A stretch of 64,000 nt of DNA. It comes from Biomphalaria pfeifferi (lineage: Eukaryota). Shown one piece after another: positions 35,801-47,490 of the stretch. The position numbers and the translations under genes were made by a program. The notes under the pieces are model-generated. The model was given only the letters and a program-made list of their open reading frames with translations, was not told the DNA's origin and made no database searches. The stretch spans positions 233,822-297,821 of the forward strand of contig JASAOG010000245.1 of the NCBI GenBank assembly GCA_030265305.1. Reading direction: 5' to 3'. Every line of letters starts with the position of its first letter. The first letter of the stretch is position 1.

Positions 35801-38329
35801 CCAATTAACTATAGGTAATTAATTATTTTGTCTGATATTGATTACGGTAAATAACTTCAACATTATTGATAGAAATAGTTGCAAAGATGGAGTTCTTCCA
35901 CTTATATAAGCTTTGTTTTTAAAAAAGGATTTTAAAATATTTTTTTTGTTTTAAAATCAGAAATGTGACAAACAAATAAAACATGATTTTAGTAAGACTA
36001 TCTTAGCCAGCTTTAAAGCATACTAAATGATACATCTTTAATTTTTATTTTTGCTATTTATTCACCCAAGATAAAAAGTAAATCAAACATAAAAAAAGAT
36101 TTTGTTTTTTTTAGGAACATCTTGTTTATAATCTCAGACAGAATTGTGGAAATTTAGAAAATTCATACATAAGATTTAATGATAACTTTAAAAAAGATAA
36201 TTTCAAAAGATAAATGTATATAAAATATTAAATAAAGTTTCAATAACATTTTAAAGTTATTTTCTGACAAATTTATTTTAGTTTAGTTTTACCCTTCACT
36301 ATAAGGCGTACATCTAGAGTAAAGTCCTGACATTAGAATAAAATTATGCCATTTATTACATCTGAGTTAATAATTTCATGATGATTCAACCTATAGAAAA
36401 TAGTTTAAATTATCTGGGTACTCCATAACCATAGGACAACAAATTTATTACGACATTGCTAATGCAGTTCTTCTCAACTTTCATAACAATTGAATTTCTA
36501 CCACCTGTTGCACATTGTTATGTTGGGGACTTTTGATAACTTTTTTCAAGTTTTGGGACAGCATACTTAATATGATGCAACAATCACACAGTCATCACAG
36601 AGGTACATTCTATATTATAATATAAGAATGTTGCTTGCATAGTAGTATTGGACAGTGCTAAAACCTTCTTTATTAGACTTAATTTGACATCATAATGGCC
36701 ATCCCACCCATTTTTACTTTAATCTTGTTAGCATGGGCTCTTACTTATATGAGAAAAGTGTGTTGTAGACACCAGGAGAAGGAATTTCTGAAGCTCAGAA
36801 TGCAGAAAAAGTTTTAGTGCTGGGAGGGGAATTTGATGCCTCTCCAATACAACCAACAGAAAGATTTTTTTCTAGTGAACAAACACAGAAGAATCAGAAT
36901 AATCTAATTTTAAATAATAATAAATGGAATATCTTTACTAAACATGTATTGTGTAAATGAAGTTTCTAAACATTATATTATATACATACTAGATCTATAG
37001 TAAATATATATCCAAAGAAATAAATGAAAAATTGTATTAAATTATAATTATTTCTAGTATGTCTAGATACTATAACTAAGTTTCTATTGTTTTGCATTAC
37101 ATTCTGAAGCCCAACCAGTTCGCCACCGTATGAGCATACAACTAAAGCACTCCTTCAAAACTCAGATAAAATGCAATTTGGTTGGGAGGGTGGGTGCTAC
37201 TGGTTCTAAGTATGTAGTATAGATAATAGATCTAGAGACCAGGTTTAGACTATTAATTACAGTTATTATTACACTATACTAGACTAACTTATAGTACTAC
37301 AACTATTTAGAGCAGAGTGAGGTAGAAGAGTCTAAGTCTAAGACTCTAGGAAGGAGAACTACTTCACTTACTATAGTAAAGTATAGTATAGTCACTAAAG
37401 TCTATTGTCTAGTCTAGTAGATTCTAAATCTAGAATCTACTTGAATAAGAATCTGAAGATTATTACTGTCTGACTTACTCTCTTCCAGTTTATAATTTAT
37501 AGTACTAGCTAGATCTAGAGTGACTATAGAGTAGACTTATAGTCAGTATAAGTATTATATATATACTATATAGTATAGTAATCTAAGTAATAAAGTAATA
37601 CTAGTAACTAGTAATATAGTATTATAATCACTAAGACTAATCATAACTAAGTGACACTTCACTAAGTCTAATCATACTCTAAAAAAAACTAATGTCACTA
37701 GATTCTAACTAATGACTAGATCTATTCATTTGATTTTGAATCTAACGACAATCACAATGTTTACAATGCAATCTAAAATGAGAATTCTAAATTGAATCAT
37801 GAAGTTGATGATGAGACATCATTAATCTTAACTTGAGCTTCAAGACTCAAGTCTCCGTCTCTGACTAAATAATAATAGAATCTAGCACTAGACTAGATCT
37901 AAGCGTCTAACTAGTCTAGTTTGTATAGATCTAGATCTATTATTCTATAGATCTAGATCTAGACTTATAGTTATAGATTCTATTTTATCTAATCTAGATT
38001 CTCTATAGAAGATTTCTACTAACAATTTGTATTTCAGTTACTTCCGGTTATAGAGAACACATTTTACGACATTGCATAGAAAAACTTAAACCAAAAAAAA
38101 AAGGGGGGGGGGGGGGTTGGCGGAAGGTAAAATACATGTTTACAAATTCTACCAAAGATGGTAAATATTATGAAATATGTTTGTTTGTTGTTTTTTTTTT
38201 TTTCAGAAAGAAAGTATTCGAATAATGAATTTGTTTCTCTTTTTCGTTAACTAATTTTATAATAACAACATTAATCTCTTATAGCACTTTAGCTTTTAGC
38301 TTATCTTCTTAATCTTATCTTATAAAATA

Positions 38330-38560
38330 CAGATTTTACATAAAAAAAAGAAGATGATTATATCCTAGGTCAATCTAGTCTCATGCATGTCAACCAATGA
38401 CTTTAATTGTGTCAAGTCATTGGTTTTCCTTGCTGGCCCAGGCAACCCATAGACATATAATCCATGCTCTAATAGCTCTAGGCAAGAAGACGCATCATGA
38501 TATAGACTCTGTAGCCTTCTTGGAGCGGCTGAGTGTTTTTTTTCAGGAATGTTTTCCATT
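38330..38560 (+). repeat. Copy of the dispersed approximately 350-400 bp repeat family (see 17100)
   Basis: ..gtcaatctagtctcatgcatgtcaaccaatgactttaattgtgtcaagtcattggttttccttgctggcccaggcaacccat.. Confidence 0.6.
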
Positions 38561-38859
38561 GGTCATTCTGAACAATTACTGTACTGCCATACGCTTTGAT
38601 CCAATCAGTAATTTGGGACCAGTTTGGAAAATGAAGTGGGGGGGGGGGGGGTAAGAAAGAAAGGTATTTCTGGTGTTGATTTTTACGGTAATTGGTAAAT
38701 ATATGGAAAAAAAAAGAGGGGGGGGGGGGCGTCCTGAATTCGAACTAGTGGCTAAGGTCTCCTGAGACCACTCTGCTAGTGAACTGTTTATTACTAGAGA
38801 ATATTGTATAGTTATATACAATAATAGAATATGTATCCTCTGTTCGGGACCCCTCAATT

Positions 38860-39250
38860 CAAGAAAACATTAAGAAACTAGAACAGACTCAAAATAGAGC
38901 AGTGAGATTCATAACAAACGAATATTCACATTTGACTAGAGCAACACCTTTAGTCAAATCACTAAATTTAGAAAGCCTTCAGGATAGAACACTCAAAAGT
39001 AATGTAGAAATTATACATAAAACAATGAACTATAATCTTCAAATACAAAATCTATAATAATAAAATACTCAGAAAGACACAAAGATAAAAGCATATTCCT
39101 CGTTCCATAAGCTAGGACAAATGTGTATAATTGCTCTTTCTTAGCCAGGAAAACCAGTAACTTAGTAGAATTTAGGTCATTGGTTAATATGCATAACTAG
39201 ATGCATGACGCGTTGGACATAATCATCTTCTTTTTTGAAGTAACGTGTGT
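38860..39250 (-). repeat. Reverse-orientation copy of the dispersed repeat family
   Basis: Reverse complement of the unit seen at 40790-41160 (..gattacgtcc.. / ..ttagtcaaatcactaaatttagaaagccttcagga..). Confidence 0.6.
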
Positions 39251-39844
39251 ATTATATAGGCCTAAGATAAGATAAGATAAGGTAATGTGATTGGTCATTA
39301 AGATGATGAGCTCAATATTAGTTAAAGCTCTTTACCATCGTCAATTCAAAGAACTTTTAAATGAGATATAGAGAGTGAGTATGCGGACCTTCTGCTGTAT
39401 AAGAAGGTTCTTTTGCCATCCAGAGTAGATTAAGGTTTAACAATAATTCGTATCACTATTTACTGAAATTAAATCGTATCATCTTGAATAGGGTATTGAC
39501 TACGCAGTGTTGACGAACGATCTGTGCATGGATCCAATCATTGTATTTTATGTTGGGTTTTACTTTTGCAAGTCTTCTACATCATTTTAATCGTGACTTA
39601 CAATGGAAAGGGGAAGTAAATTAAGAAATCGCATATAACATGAGAAATTGAGATCGTACTCAAAAGTAAAAAACAAAAACAAATCTTCCTTAATTTGTAG
39701 AGTATTTGTATTAGTTGTTCTCTTAGGGATACTTTGTATGGTATTTAACTTGTTATATTTTAAAATAAATGTTATCTTTATTAAAGTAGGATACCACGTT
39801 TTATTTAATGTTAGTTAAATTAACCCTATGCCCTATACCTATTA

Positions 39845-40065
39845 ACAATAATAGGCTCTAGATCAGGGTTTCTCAACCTGTGTATCGCGACCCCCTTGGG
39901 GGTCGATTGACCATTTGCCAGGGGTCGCCTATAAAAATATGGATTGTTATTGTCTACTCTTCTATTGCTTTATGTGTGTGTGGGGGGGGGGGATTGGTGG
40001 GTGTCGCGGTGGTGAGGGATTGTAAAAAGGGGTCGCCGAGCTTAAAAGGTTGAGACCCGCTATTC
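39845..40065. mobile_element. Palindromic MITE-like element with inverted termini cagggtttctcaacctgtg ... aaaaggttgagacccgct, an internal G12 run, and gtcgcgaccccc palindromes
   Basis: Read directly. Confidence 0.5.
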
Positions 40066-40486
40066 TAGATTGTATATTAAAATCTTATTAATCCCACAAA
40101 AATGTCCCAACTAAAACAAAGTTTAATTTAAAAAACAAACAAACTAAATTTTTGAATCCACTTAAATGTAATTATTTAGTAAAATTTGGCTCTTCAGGAT
40201 GACGAGTTTGCCGACCACTGTACCGGTACTAGCCAATCTTCAAGTCTCTGTTTGATTCTAGGTTTAGTAGCGAATGTTCAAATCTACTTGTTGATAGACT
40301 GCTTATGTTCGAAGACCATCGTTTCTTCCTTTCGGTGAAATGTCATTACGTTGTTATAATTAGAGTCAGGTGAACACAAATCGTCCATGCAGCAGATTAT
40401 TGGTGCTATATCGGCGCTATATGAATTTAACTTTTTTGTTTATTTAGATATAGATACAGAAAGTTTTTTTTTAATTCATTACACAT

Positions 40487-40640
40487 TTTTCGGTCTTAAT
40501 GGACCTCATTCACTACTCTTAAATAAACACATTTAGCCACGTCATTATATTGATAAAACAATGAAAAATATGCATCACGTGACAGCCTTTATGGATTACA
40601 TAATTTGTATAGAAGATATATAGAATCCATAGGTCCATTT
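40487..40640. mobile_element. MITE, second copy of the family with aatggacctcattcac termini (see 59343-59520); right terminus degenerate
   Basis: Shares aatggacctcattcac...ttagcca.gt.ataatattgataaaacaatg.aaaa...gacagcct.. with the copy at 59343. Confidence 0.6.
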
Positions 40641-40789
40641 TTTTTTGTTTTTTTTATTTCATTTGGGGGCACATATTAACTTCGCCTAGGCATAGGGCCT
40701 CCAATTAGCCTACCTCTGTTTAACAAGCTACAATTTGATTTCTATATGATTATATAACATTATGTAATCATCTGCACATCTTATCTTAT

Positions 40790-41160
40790 CTTATATAATA
40801 CAGACGTTACTTCAAAAAAGAAGATGATTACGTCCTACGCGTCATGCATTTAGTCATGCATATTAACCAATGACTTAAATTCTGCCAAGTCACTGGTTTT
40901 TCTGGCTAGCTCAGGCAACCCATTCCATGCTCTAATAGCACTAGGGAAGAAGGAGTATTTGTACAAATTTGTCCTAGCATATGGGACGAGGAATGTGCCT
41001 TTATTTTTGTGTCTTTCAGAGTATTTTATTAAGTTTTGTTTTTGTATTTGAAGATTATGGTTCAGTGTTTTATGTATAATTGCTACTTTACTTTTGAGTC
41101 TTTTGTCCTGAAGGCTTTCTAAATTTAGTGATTTTACTAATGGAACGACATTATATATCT
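40790..41160 (+). repeat. Most complete copy of the dispersed repeat family
   Basis: Contains all shared blocks (head ..tacagacgttacttcaaaaaagaagatgattac.., middle ..ggcaacccattccatgctctaatagcactag.., tail ..gattatggttcagtgttttatgtataattgctactttacttttgag..). Confidence 0.6.
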
Positions 41161-42282
41161 AAATAGATGAAATGATGAAGATGTGCTTGAATCAGTGATT
41201 TTATTTTTACGTTTTTAAGAATACAGGTCTGTTGTATCTCATAAAAATAATAAAATTGATTTATGAAATTAAAACTTTTATAACAAATAAAAGTTAAAAA
41301 TGAATGATCCCTAAGAAATAAAATAAACAGCCCTGACCTAAAAAGGTTAAAAGAGGTCATAGCATTCTATGTTGAGCTACAAAACTAGATCTAGGCCTAA
41401 AAAGCCGTTGACGCGGTCACTGGCCTTGTCTGTGCAGTTTTTGTACTATTCGTAAACAGTGGATATAGATATACATCTATTCTAGATTTATTACCAAAAG
41501 GGTAAGGAAGCTATTGGTAATTATGGTAGTATTGACGTATTGATACATTATTAATGATAGTAGCCTGGCCTAGAGTTGAGAGTCTCAGTACTCTGTCTAG
41601 TCTAGTCAGTCTAATAGTAGATCTAGAATTAGTAGAATCTAGTTACTTAGTCAGTCTTTTATGTCTTATGACACTGGTCACTGGCACTACACGACTACAG
41701 TATCAGTATAGTCACTAGTCACGACTAGTGTCACTAGTGAGTGACTAGATCTATGTCGCGACTATGATCTCTACAAACATGCATCTGATCTACACACTAC
41801 ACTACTTACACAGACACACTACTTTACACTCAGTTACTGCATATAAATATAGCAAATATAACACTGTCACAGTGACTTTGAATTTGACTAATGTCACTAT
41901 ATAGGCTACTATTAAAAGTATTATACTGTAATTATAATTATTATATATATATATAGAATCCAGTTTAGATCTAAATCTAGAAGTTACTATATCTATTCTA
42001 TAGTCACTACAGACTATAGAGATTATATAGGGTCTGTGACTCTATTCTATATAACATTATAACATTCGAAAAATAATAATACTATCTAATACTAAATTGT
42101 AACTTACTAACTAGACTTACGTTAAGTCTTTAGTCTTTACAGTTTACTAATACTACTGTCATAAATCATGGTGTCTAATATTCCTGAATGGTAAAAATTA
42201 CAATGTTTGATTGAGCGTCACACCATATCAGACTTGATCAACATAATAATTTATAATAATATGATATTATGATAATAAAAAA

Positions 42283-42550
42283 GTAAAGTTAAGTTCCCCT
42301 TTCAGACCTTGTGTTCTATAGGACAGATTCAAATAATGTAAAGGTCATCTGTTTCTGTGGCCTACGGTTAACGAGGGTGTCATGTGGCCAGCACAATGAC
42401 CAACCACCTTTACTTTTCCTTAACTAATGTCAGGTACCCATTAGAGCTGGGTGGACTCAAATAGGCACCAGAAGATCCCGAAATTAAAAATCCCAGTCTT
42501 CACCAGGATTCAAACCCTGGTCCCTGGTTCAGAAGCCAAGCGCTTTACCA
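42283..42550 (-). mobile_element. tRNA-derived SINE family 1 (head slightly truncated)
   Basis: aagttcccctttcagaccttgtgttctatagg...ggtacccattagagctgggtggactc...gattcaaaccctggtccctggttcagaagccaagcgctttaccag. Confidence 0.75.
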
Positions 42551-42699
42551 GCATCTGATAAATTCTAGATCTATAACAGACTATATGATCTTTCTTATCT
42601 TATATTTTCTATAATCTAGATCAATATTGACTATATATATTATATTAATATATATATATTGATGTGTCAATCTACTGAAATCGTGATGTTTATGCATGT

Positions 42700-43060
42700 T
42701 AATAAGTGACTGATTTATGCAACCCATTCCATGCTCTAATGGCACTAGCGAAGACAAAGCTATGCATGAGTGTGTCCTATCATATGGAATAAGAAATGTA
42801 CTTTTATCTTTGTGTCTTTTTTGAGTATTTTATTATAGTTAGGTTTTGTTATTGTAACTTATAATTCAGTGTTTTAATTCTATGTACAGGTATTATTGCA
42901 ACTTTACTTTTGAGAATAAGAAGGGATTTACATCTGTCTAGTCTTATATTCATTTATGCCAATAGTTAAAATCTTATAAATTACAGACATTACTTCAAAA
43001 GAGAAGATAATTACTTTCTAAAGAGTACATTATTATCCATAAGATTATTAAGAGTAGTAT
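42700..43060 (+). repeat. Circularly permuted / junction-spanning copy of the dispersed repeat family (middle and tail blocks followed by the head block)
   Basis: Block order here is B-C-A, versus A-B-C at 40790. Confidence 0.55.
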
Positions 43061-43489
43061 AGGCCCTAAAGATAAGATAAAATAAGTCAGATAGGTAGAT
43101 CAAGAAAGATTTGAAAGACTTATAATAGCTGCTCTTTTCATTAGGCTATGAAAGTCTTACATTCTCATAATCATATAGAATAAATTAGGATTTAATTGAT
43201 TTCACCTTCTTGTTAATTAATTAGCTGCATTGAACTAGTAACAAGATGAAGATCTAGATCTAATTTTTAGTGAGCCATTTGATACTGTGAATAACAAATA
43301 TTTTGTAGGAACCATTTTTTGTGAACCATTTGCAAGTGAACATATTATTTTTCAGATTTAACATTATATTGAATGGCTTAGTGAACCAATTGTTGGCTGA
43401 AGGTTTTGTTGGAGATGAATTGTTATTAAACCATTTGTGATGAGTAATGGAAATCTTTTGCCCATACAGACTCTAGGGGATAACTGAAG

Positions 43490-44080
43490 ACAATTGTGTC
43501 TTGCTTACACTCAGGTTTCTTCTTTCTTCTCCTAGCCAGCTTTATTGCTGCTAAGCTGTCAGCTCTTTTGCAGACTGTGTGAAGGAAAAATGGTGTGCTG
43601 TTTTCTTCAGTTGTTAAGCACTGCCGTGCAGGGTGTTTGGTTATGTTGGGCTGTAGTGGAAGTAGGGTCTGCCTAAGGTGGATTAGGAAGGGGCATTCAA
43701 AGAGGATATGGTTTATGGTTGCATAAGGGTGGGCGCAGTGTCTACAAAGGGGGAGTTGTGTTGAATCTATTTTGTTCAGATGTTAATTTAACAGAGGTGT
43801 ATGTTCTGCTCTTAGTTGGATAATTGTAGATTGTTCTTTGCGGGAGAGGAAGTTAATACTATCCAGTTTGTTAGGCATAGTAATTTCTTTGTACATGGCT
43901 CTGCCTGTGTTTCTGATGCCCATTGGTTGAGCCACTCCTTTTTGTGATTGTTGACTAACATTGACCTTAGGGTGAGGTAGTTAACAGGTCTATCTGATAG
44001 TTCCATAGATGATCCTGCCTTTGATAGCTTATCTGCCTTTTCATTTCCCATGATGCCAATGTGTCCATGGATCCACTGTA
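43490..44080 (-). mobile_element. 3' fragment of a retroelement encoding RNase H (..GHMGIMGNEKADKLSKAGSSMEL..) plus its 3' terminus
   Basis: Minus-strand ORF 43812-44051 with the typical HxGIxGNExADxLAK RNase H C-terminal motif. The 3'-terminal approximately 70 bp (..tagccagctttattgctgct.agctgt.agctcttttgcagactgtg..) recurs at 54430-54500. Confidence 0.6.
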
Positions 44081-44294
44081 GTGTGATATTGATATTTAAA
44101 TTTGATAGCTTACTCAGTTTATGTATGGCTTGGTTATTAAATCTAGTCTAAATCTTGTGCTGTTCTGTGTCTGTGTAAATAACAAATTTTATGTTGAGTA
44201 CTTTGGTAGCCTTAAGTATTTAAAGTAAAACAAAACATGTCTATATCTATTGTACTTAACCTTCAGAATAAATTACATCAAATTGACCACTATT

Positions 44295-44500
44295 CTTGAC
44301 TATTGGATGGATGCCTGGTCGTGCGGTTTGCACGCTGGACTGTCGTTCGGATTTATCGACGGTCGAGGGTTCAAACCCTGCCTGCTCCCATCCCCCGTCG
44401 TCCTGCGGGAGGTTTGGACTAGGAAGTAAACTATCTTCAACTCTGAAGGAACATCCGAAACATGTAAAACATTTTACAAACAAACATTTTACAAACTATT
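44295..44500 (+). mobile_element. SINE family 2 (full length, about 200 bp), flanked by about 75-bp direct repeats
   Basis: tggatggatgcctggtcgtgcggtttgcacgctggactgtcgttcggatttatcgacggtcgagggttcaaaccctgcctgctcccatcccccgtcgtcctgcgggaggtttggactagg... The flanks 44214-44290 and 44505-44585 are about 85% identical. Confidence 0.7.
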
Positions 44501-45827
44501 GAAAGCAAAACTAAACATGTCTATATATTGTACTTAACCATTGGAATAAATAATATCAAATTGACCACTATTCATACTATTAAATTAATATAAATATTAA
44601 ACATGACTCAATATATTAACTTTTTTTTTAAAAACTAGGTCAGGGTGACACAGCACTGTTTTAATGATAAGGTCATTTCATCATCATATTTTTTTGATGT
44701 CCGCAATCAATAATAGTTTACCTTTATCAACCTGATTGTTTTAAACATGTCAAATAATATTGTTATCACTGCATGGAATGGACGACAATCTTATCATTGT
44801 TTTATAAAGATCTGCTCATCCAGTGGCTGTTATCAAATAGTTACTTGGCTTGAATGACAATTAAAGTACAAACTGAACACTTTGATAAGAGCACTTTTTT
44901 TTTTTTTTTAAACTCTGTCATAACTATAAAATGTGATAATGATGAAATGTATAAAACAAACAAGTTCTTGGGTGATGTAGGACTTTGGACTTTGATAGTT
45001 TATCACTTAAAAAAAAAATTTTTTTTCATTTTGTGCTCGGGATAACAGTCCTGTTGCAAAAAGGGGGCCGAATAATTTATATGCCCCCCTCAAGGTTGTA
45101 CATTTGAGATGACCAAGCCTTTACAACAGAGTCTGTCTGATTGTTTGGTAAGCTCTTAAAACTGTCAACCCAATACTTATTGGTCTGTCTACTGGAATGA
45201 GTTAAGAAGGGATTTAATAATCTCTTTCTCAAAGGAAAGGATTTTATTTGGTTTAAATCCTAAACATGAGAGAGTAGAAAAAATATTATTTGTTGCCTTT
45301 TAGGTTAAAGTTCAGTTATAGGATCTTCCAGTCCAAAGATTATGGAAGATTGCAGATTTTATGTGGCTGTGAAAAGTCAGCTGTGACCCACTTGAGGAAC
45401 CAACACTAGCAAATTATGAAAGGGCAAATTCTTTGAGTTATCTTGCAGTTTCAAAGACAAAAGTCAGTAGTCTGTGACTTTGTGTGGATAAACCTGCAAT
45501 GAAATATGGTTCTTTAGAATCTTTACGATCATGGGTATTTCTTCTAAATGAAAAGAATTATCACATTTTCTAGTTTTGATGCAGTGAGACATGCAAACAT
45601 TCACAGTATTCAAATCATGGACCACTATTTCATCCCCAACTGCAATAATGACTAGCCTGCCCCCTATGTGATGTGTGAGCACCAGAGACAGCAGTGTAAT
45701 AAATAATTACGAAACTGTCTCTATCAGACTCTCTAGTTGTTTTTTTTTAATATATTCCTTATGCTGGCCACGCAATATCTTGGTCACTAATTATTATCTT
45801 CTTCCTCATTTACAAATGTCCTGTTAT

Positions 45828-46055
45828 CTGTGGCGTAGCTAGGTATTAGGGAGGCGGGGGGGGGGGGGGGAAGCTTGAACTCTTTAGGGGATCCTGCATT
45901 TTGATATTCGACATCATGGCATGAGATATTGAAGTACTATTAAATGTAGAAACTAATTTCGGACACTCATTTGCCCCCCCCCCCCCCTTAAAGTGGGGGC
46001 CCGGGGGGGATTTTCAAATGTTCACCCCCTCCTCCACTTTAGCTACGCCACTGCC
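45828..46055. mobile_element. MITE-like element with about 30-bp terminal inverted repeats (tggcgtagctaggtattagggaggcggggg ... ccccctcctccactttagctacgccactg) carrying a G19 run and a C15 run
   Basis: Read directly. Confidence 0.6.
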
Positions 46056-46999
46056 TGTGTATGTATTGATTTGTTAGTTACTAGCTGTGGTATGACAGTA
46101 GTTTGTCAAACATTCTTTTAATCTCCCCCTCATTCCCTCCCCCTTCTTTCTCTGTTGTAAGAATCGGCTCCTCCGCTGAAATAAATCAGTTAGGCTTCAC
46201 CTTTGCTGTTGTATTGAAGGATCTTTCAAGTCATGGGAGAGTGCGATTTTCAAGTTCCAGTGACAGAATAGCACTCCACGTGTGTGTGTGTTAACATGCT
46301 ACACAATTGCATACACAATTTATTTATAAATACATAGGCTATGTAATTATCAGCAAAGGGAGGAGAATTTAGTTAATGTCCATATGGGGAAAAGCAAAGG
46401 GTAATTATTAGTATTCAATTAAGACCCTCGAGTATTTCAGTTAAACATGTGACAGCGTTGCCCCTCCCTTTTTTTTTTGGTCTGCGCTATCTGTCTCTCC
46501 AAAATAGGGCTCCACAGCCACATGAGGAAGTGTGCTCTGAGATGAACCATAGTCGTTCTACGACTGAAGGAAGCCAATGATGAATGAATTATTATTTTTT
46601 TTGGTCACACATTTTCTCCTACTGAAGCTTTGCATAGATTAAATAGAAAGATCTAGATCTCTAAGATGACGGGTTCGGTTACATTCCTGTCGTGTTCAGC
46701 AGGTCGTTAACAGACCGTGTGTACGTTAGTACATAATTAACAGTATGAGTCAGTACATAATGAACAGTCCTTGTCGTGGCTATCTCAGCCACTATTAGAG
46801 CACCGGTTGTCACCATACTGGTAGCATCGGGCCGAGGCCAGGTGGCAAGAAGTGTGACTGCACGGTGTCTCGGCCGCTTTAATCGCAGGGCGAATCTAGC
46901 ACTCCGTAGCCCAGACCACTCCACACGCTTAATACCCTCAATTTGCGCCTGCCTGCACTGTCTTGTAGAAACCTTCAGGGGTCACTTCTGACTTAGGTT

Positions 47000-47490
47000 C
47001 TAAATACATGTATTTTTGCAGGCCACAGAGAGAGATTGTAAATACTTGTATTTTTGCAGGCCACAGAGAGAGATTGTAAATACATGTATTTTTGCAGGCC
47101 ACAGAGAGAGATTCTTAATACGTGTATTTTTGCAGGTCACAGAGAGAGATTCTAAATACGTGTATTTTTGCAGGCCACAGAGAGAGATTGTAAATACTTG
47201 TATTTTTGCAGGCCACAGAGAGAGATTGTAAATACTTGTATTTTTGCAGGTCACAGAGAGATACTAAATACGTGTATTTTTGTAGGTCACAGAGAGAGAT
47301 TCTAAGTACGTGTAGTTGTTGTGTAGGCCACAGAGAGAGATTCTAAATACGTGTATTTGTTGTGTAGGTCACAGAGAGAGATTCTAAATACGTGTAGTTG
47401 TGTAGGTCACAGAGAGAGATTCTAAATACGTGTAGTTGTGTAGGCCACAGAGAGAGATTCTAAGTACGTGTATTTGTGTAGGTCACAGAG
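47000..47490. repeat. Minisatellite: 38-42 bp unit (ggccacagagagagattgtaaatacttgtatttttgca, then a variant gtcacagagagagattctaaatacgtgtagttgtgtag) x about 12
   Basis: Read directly. ORF-track hits 47000-47254 and 47016-47231 are artefacts. Confidence 0.9.
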
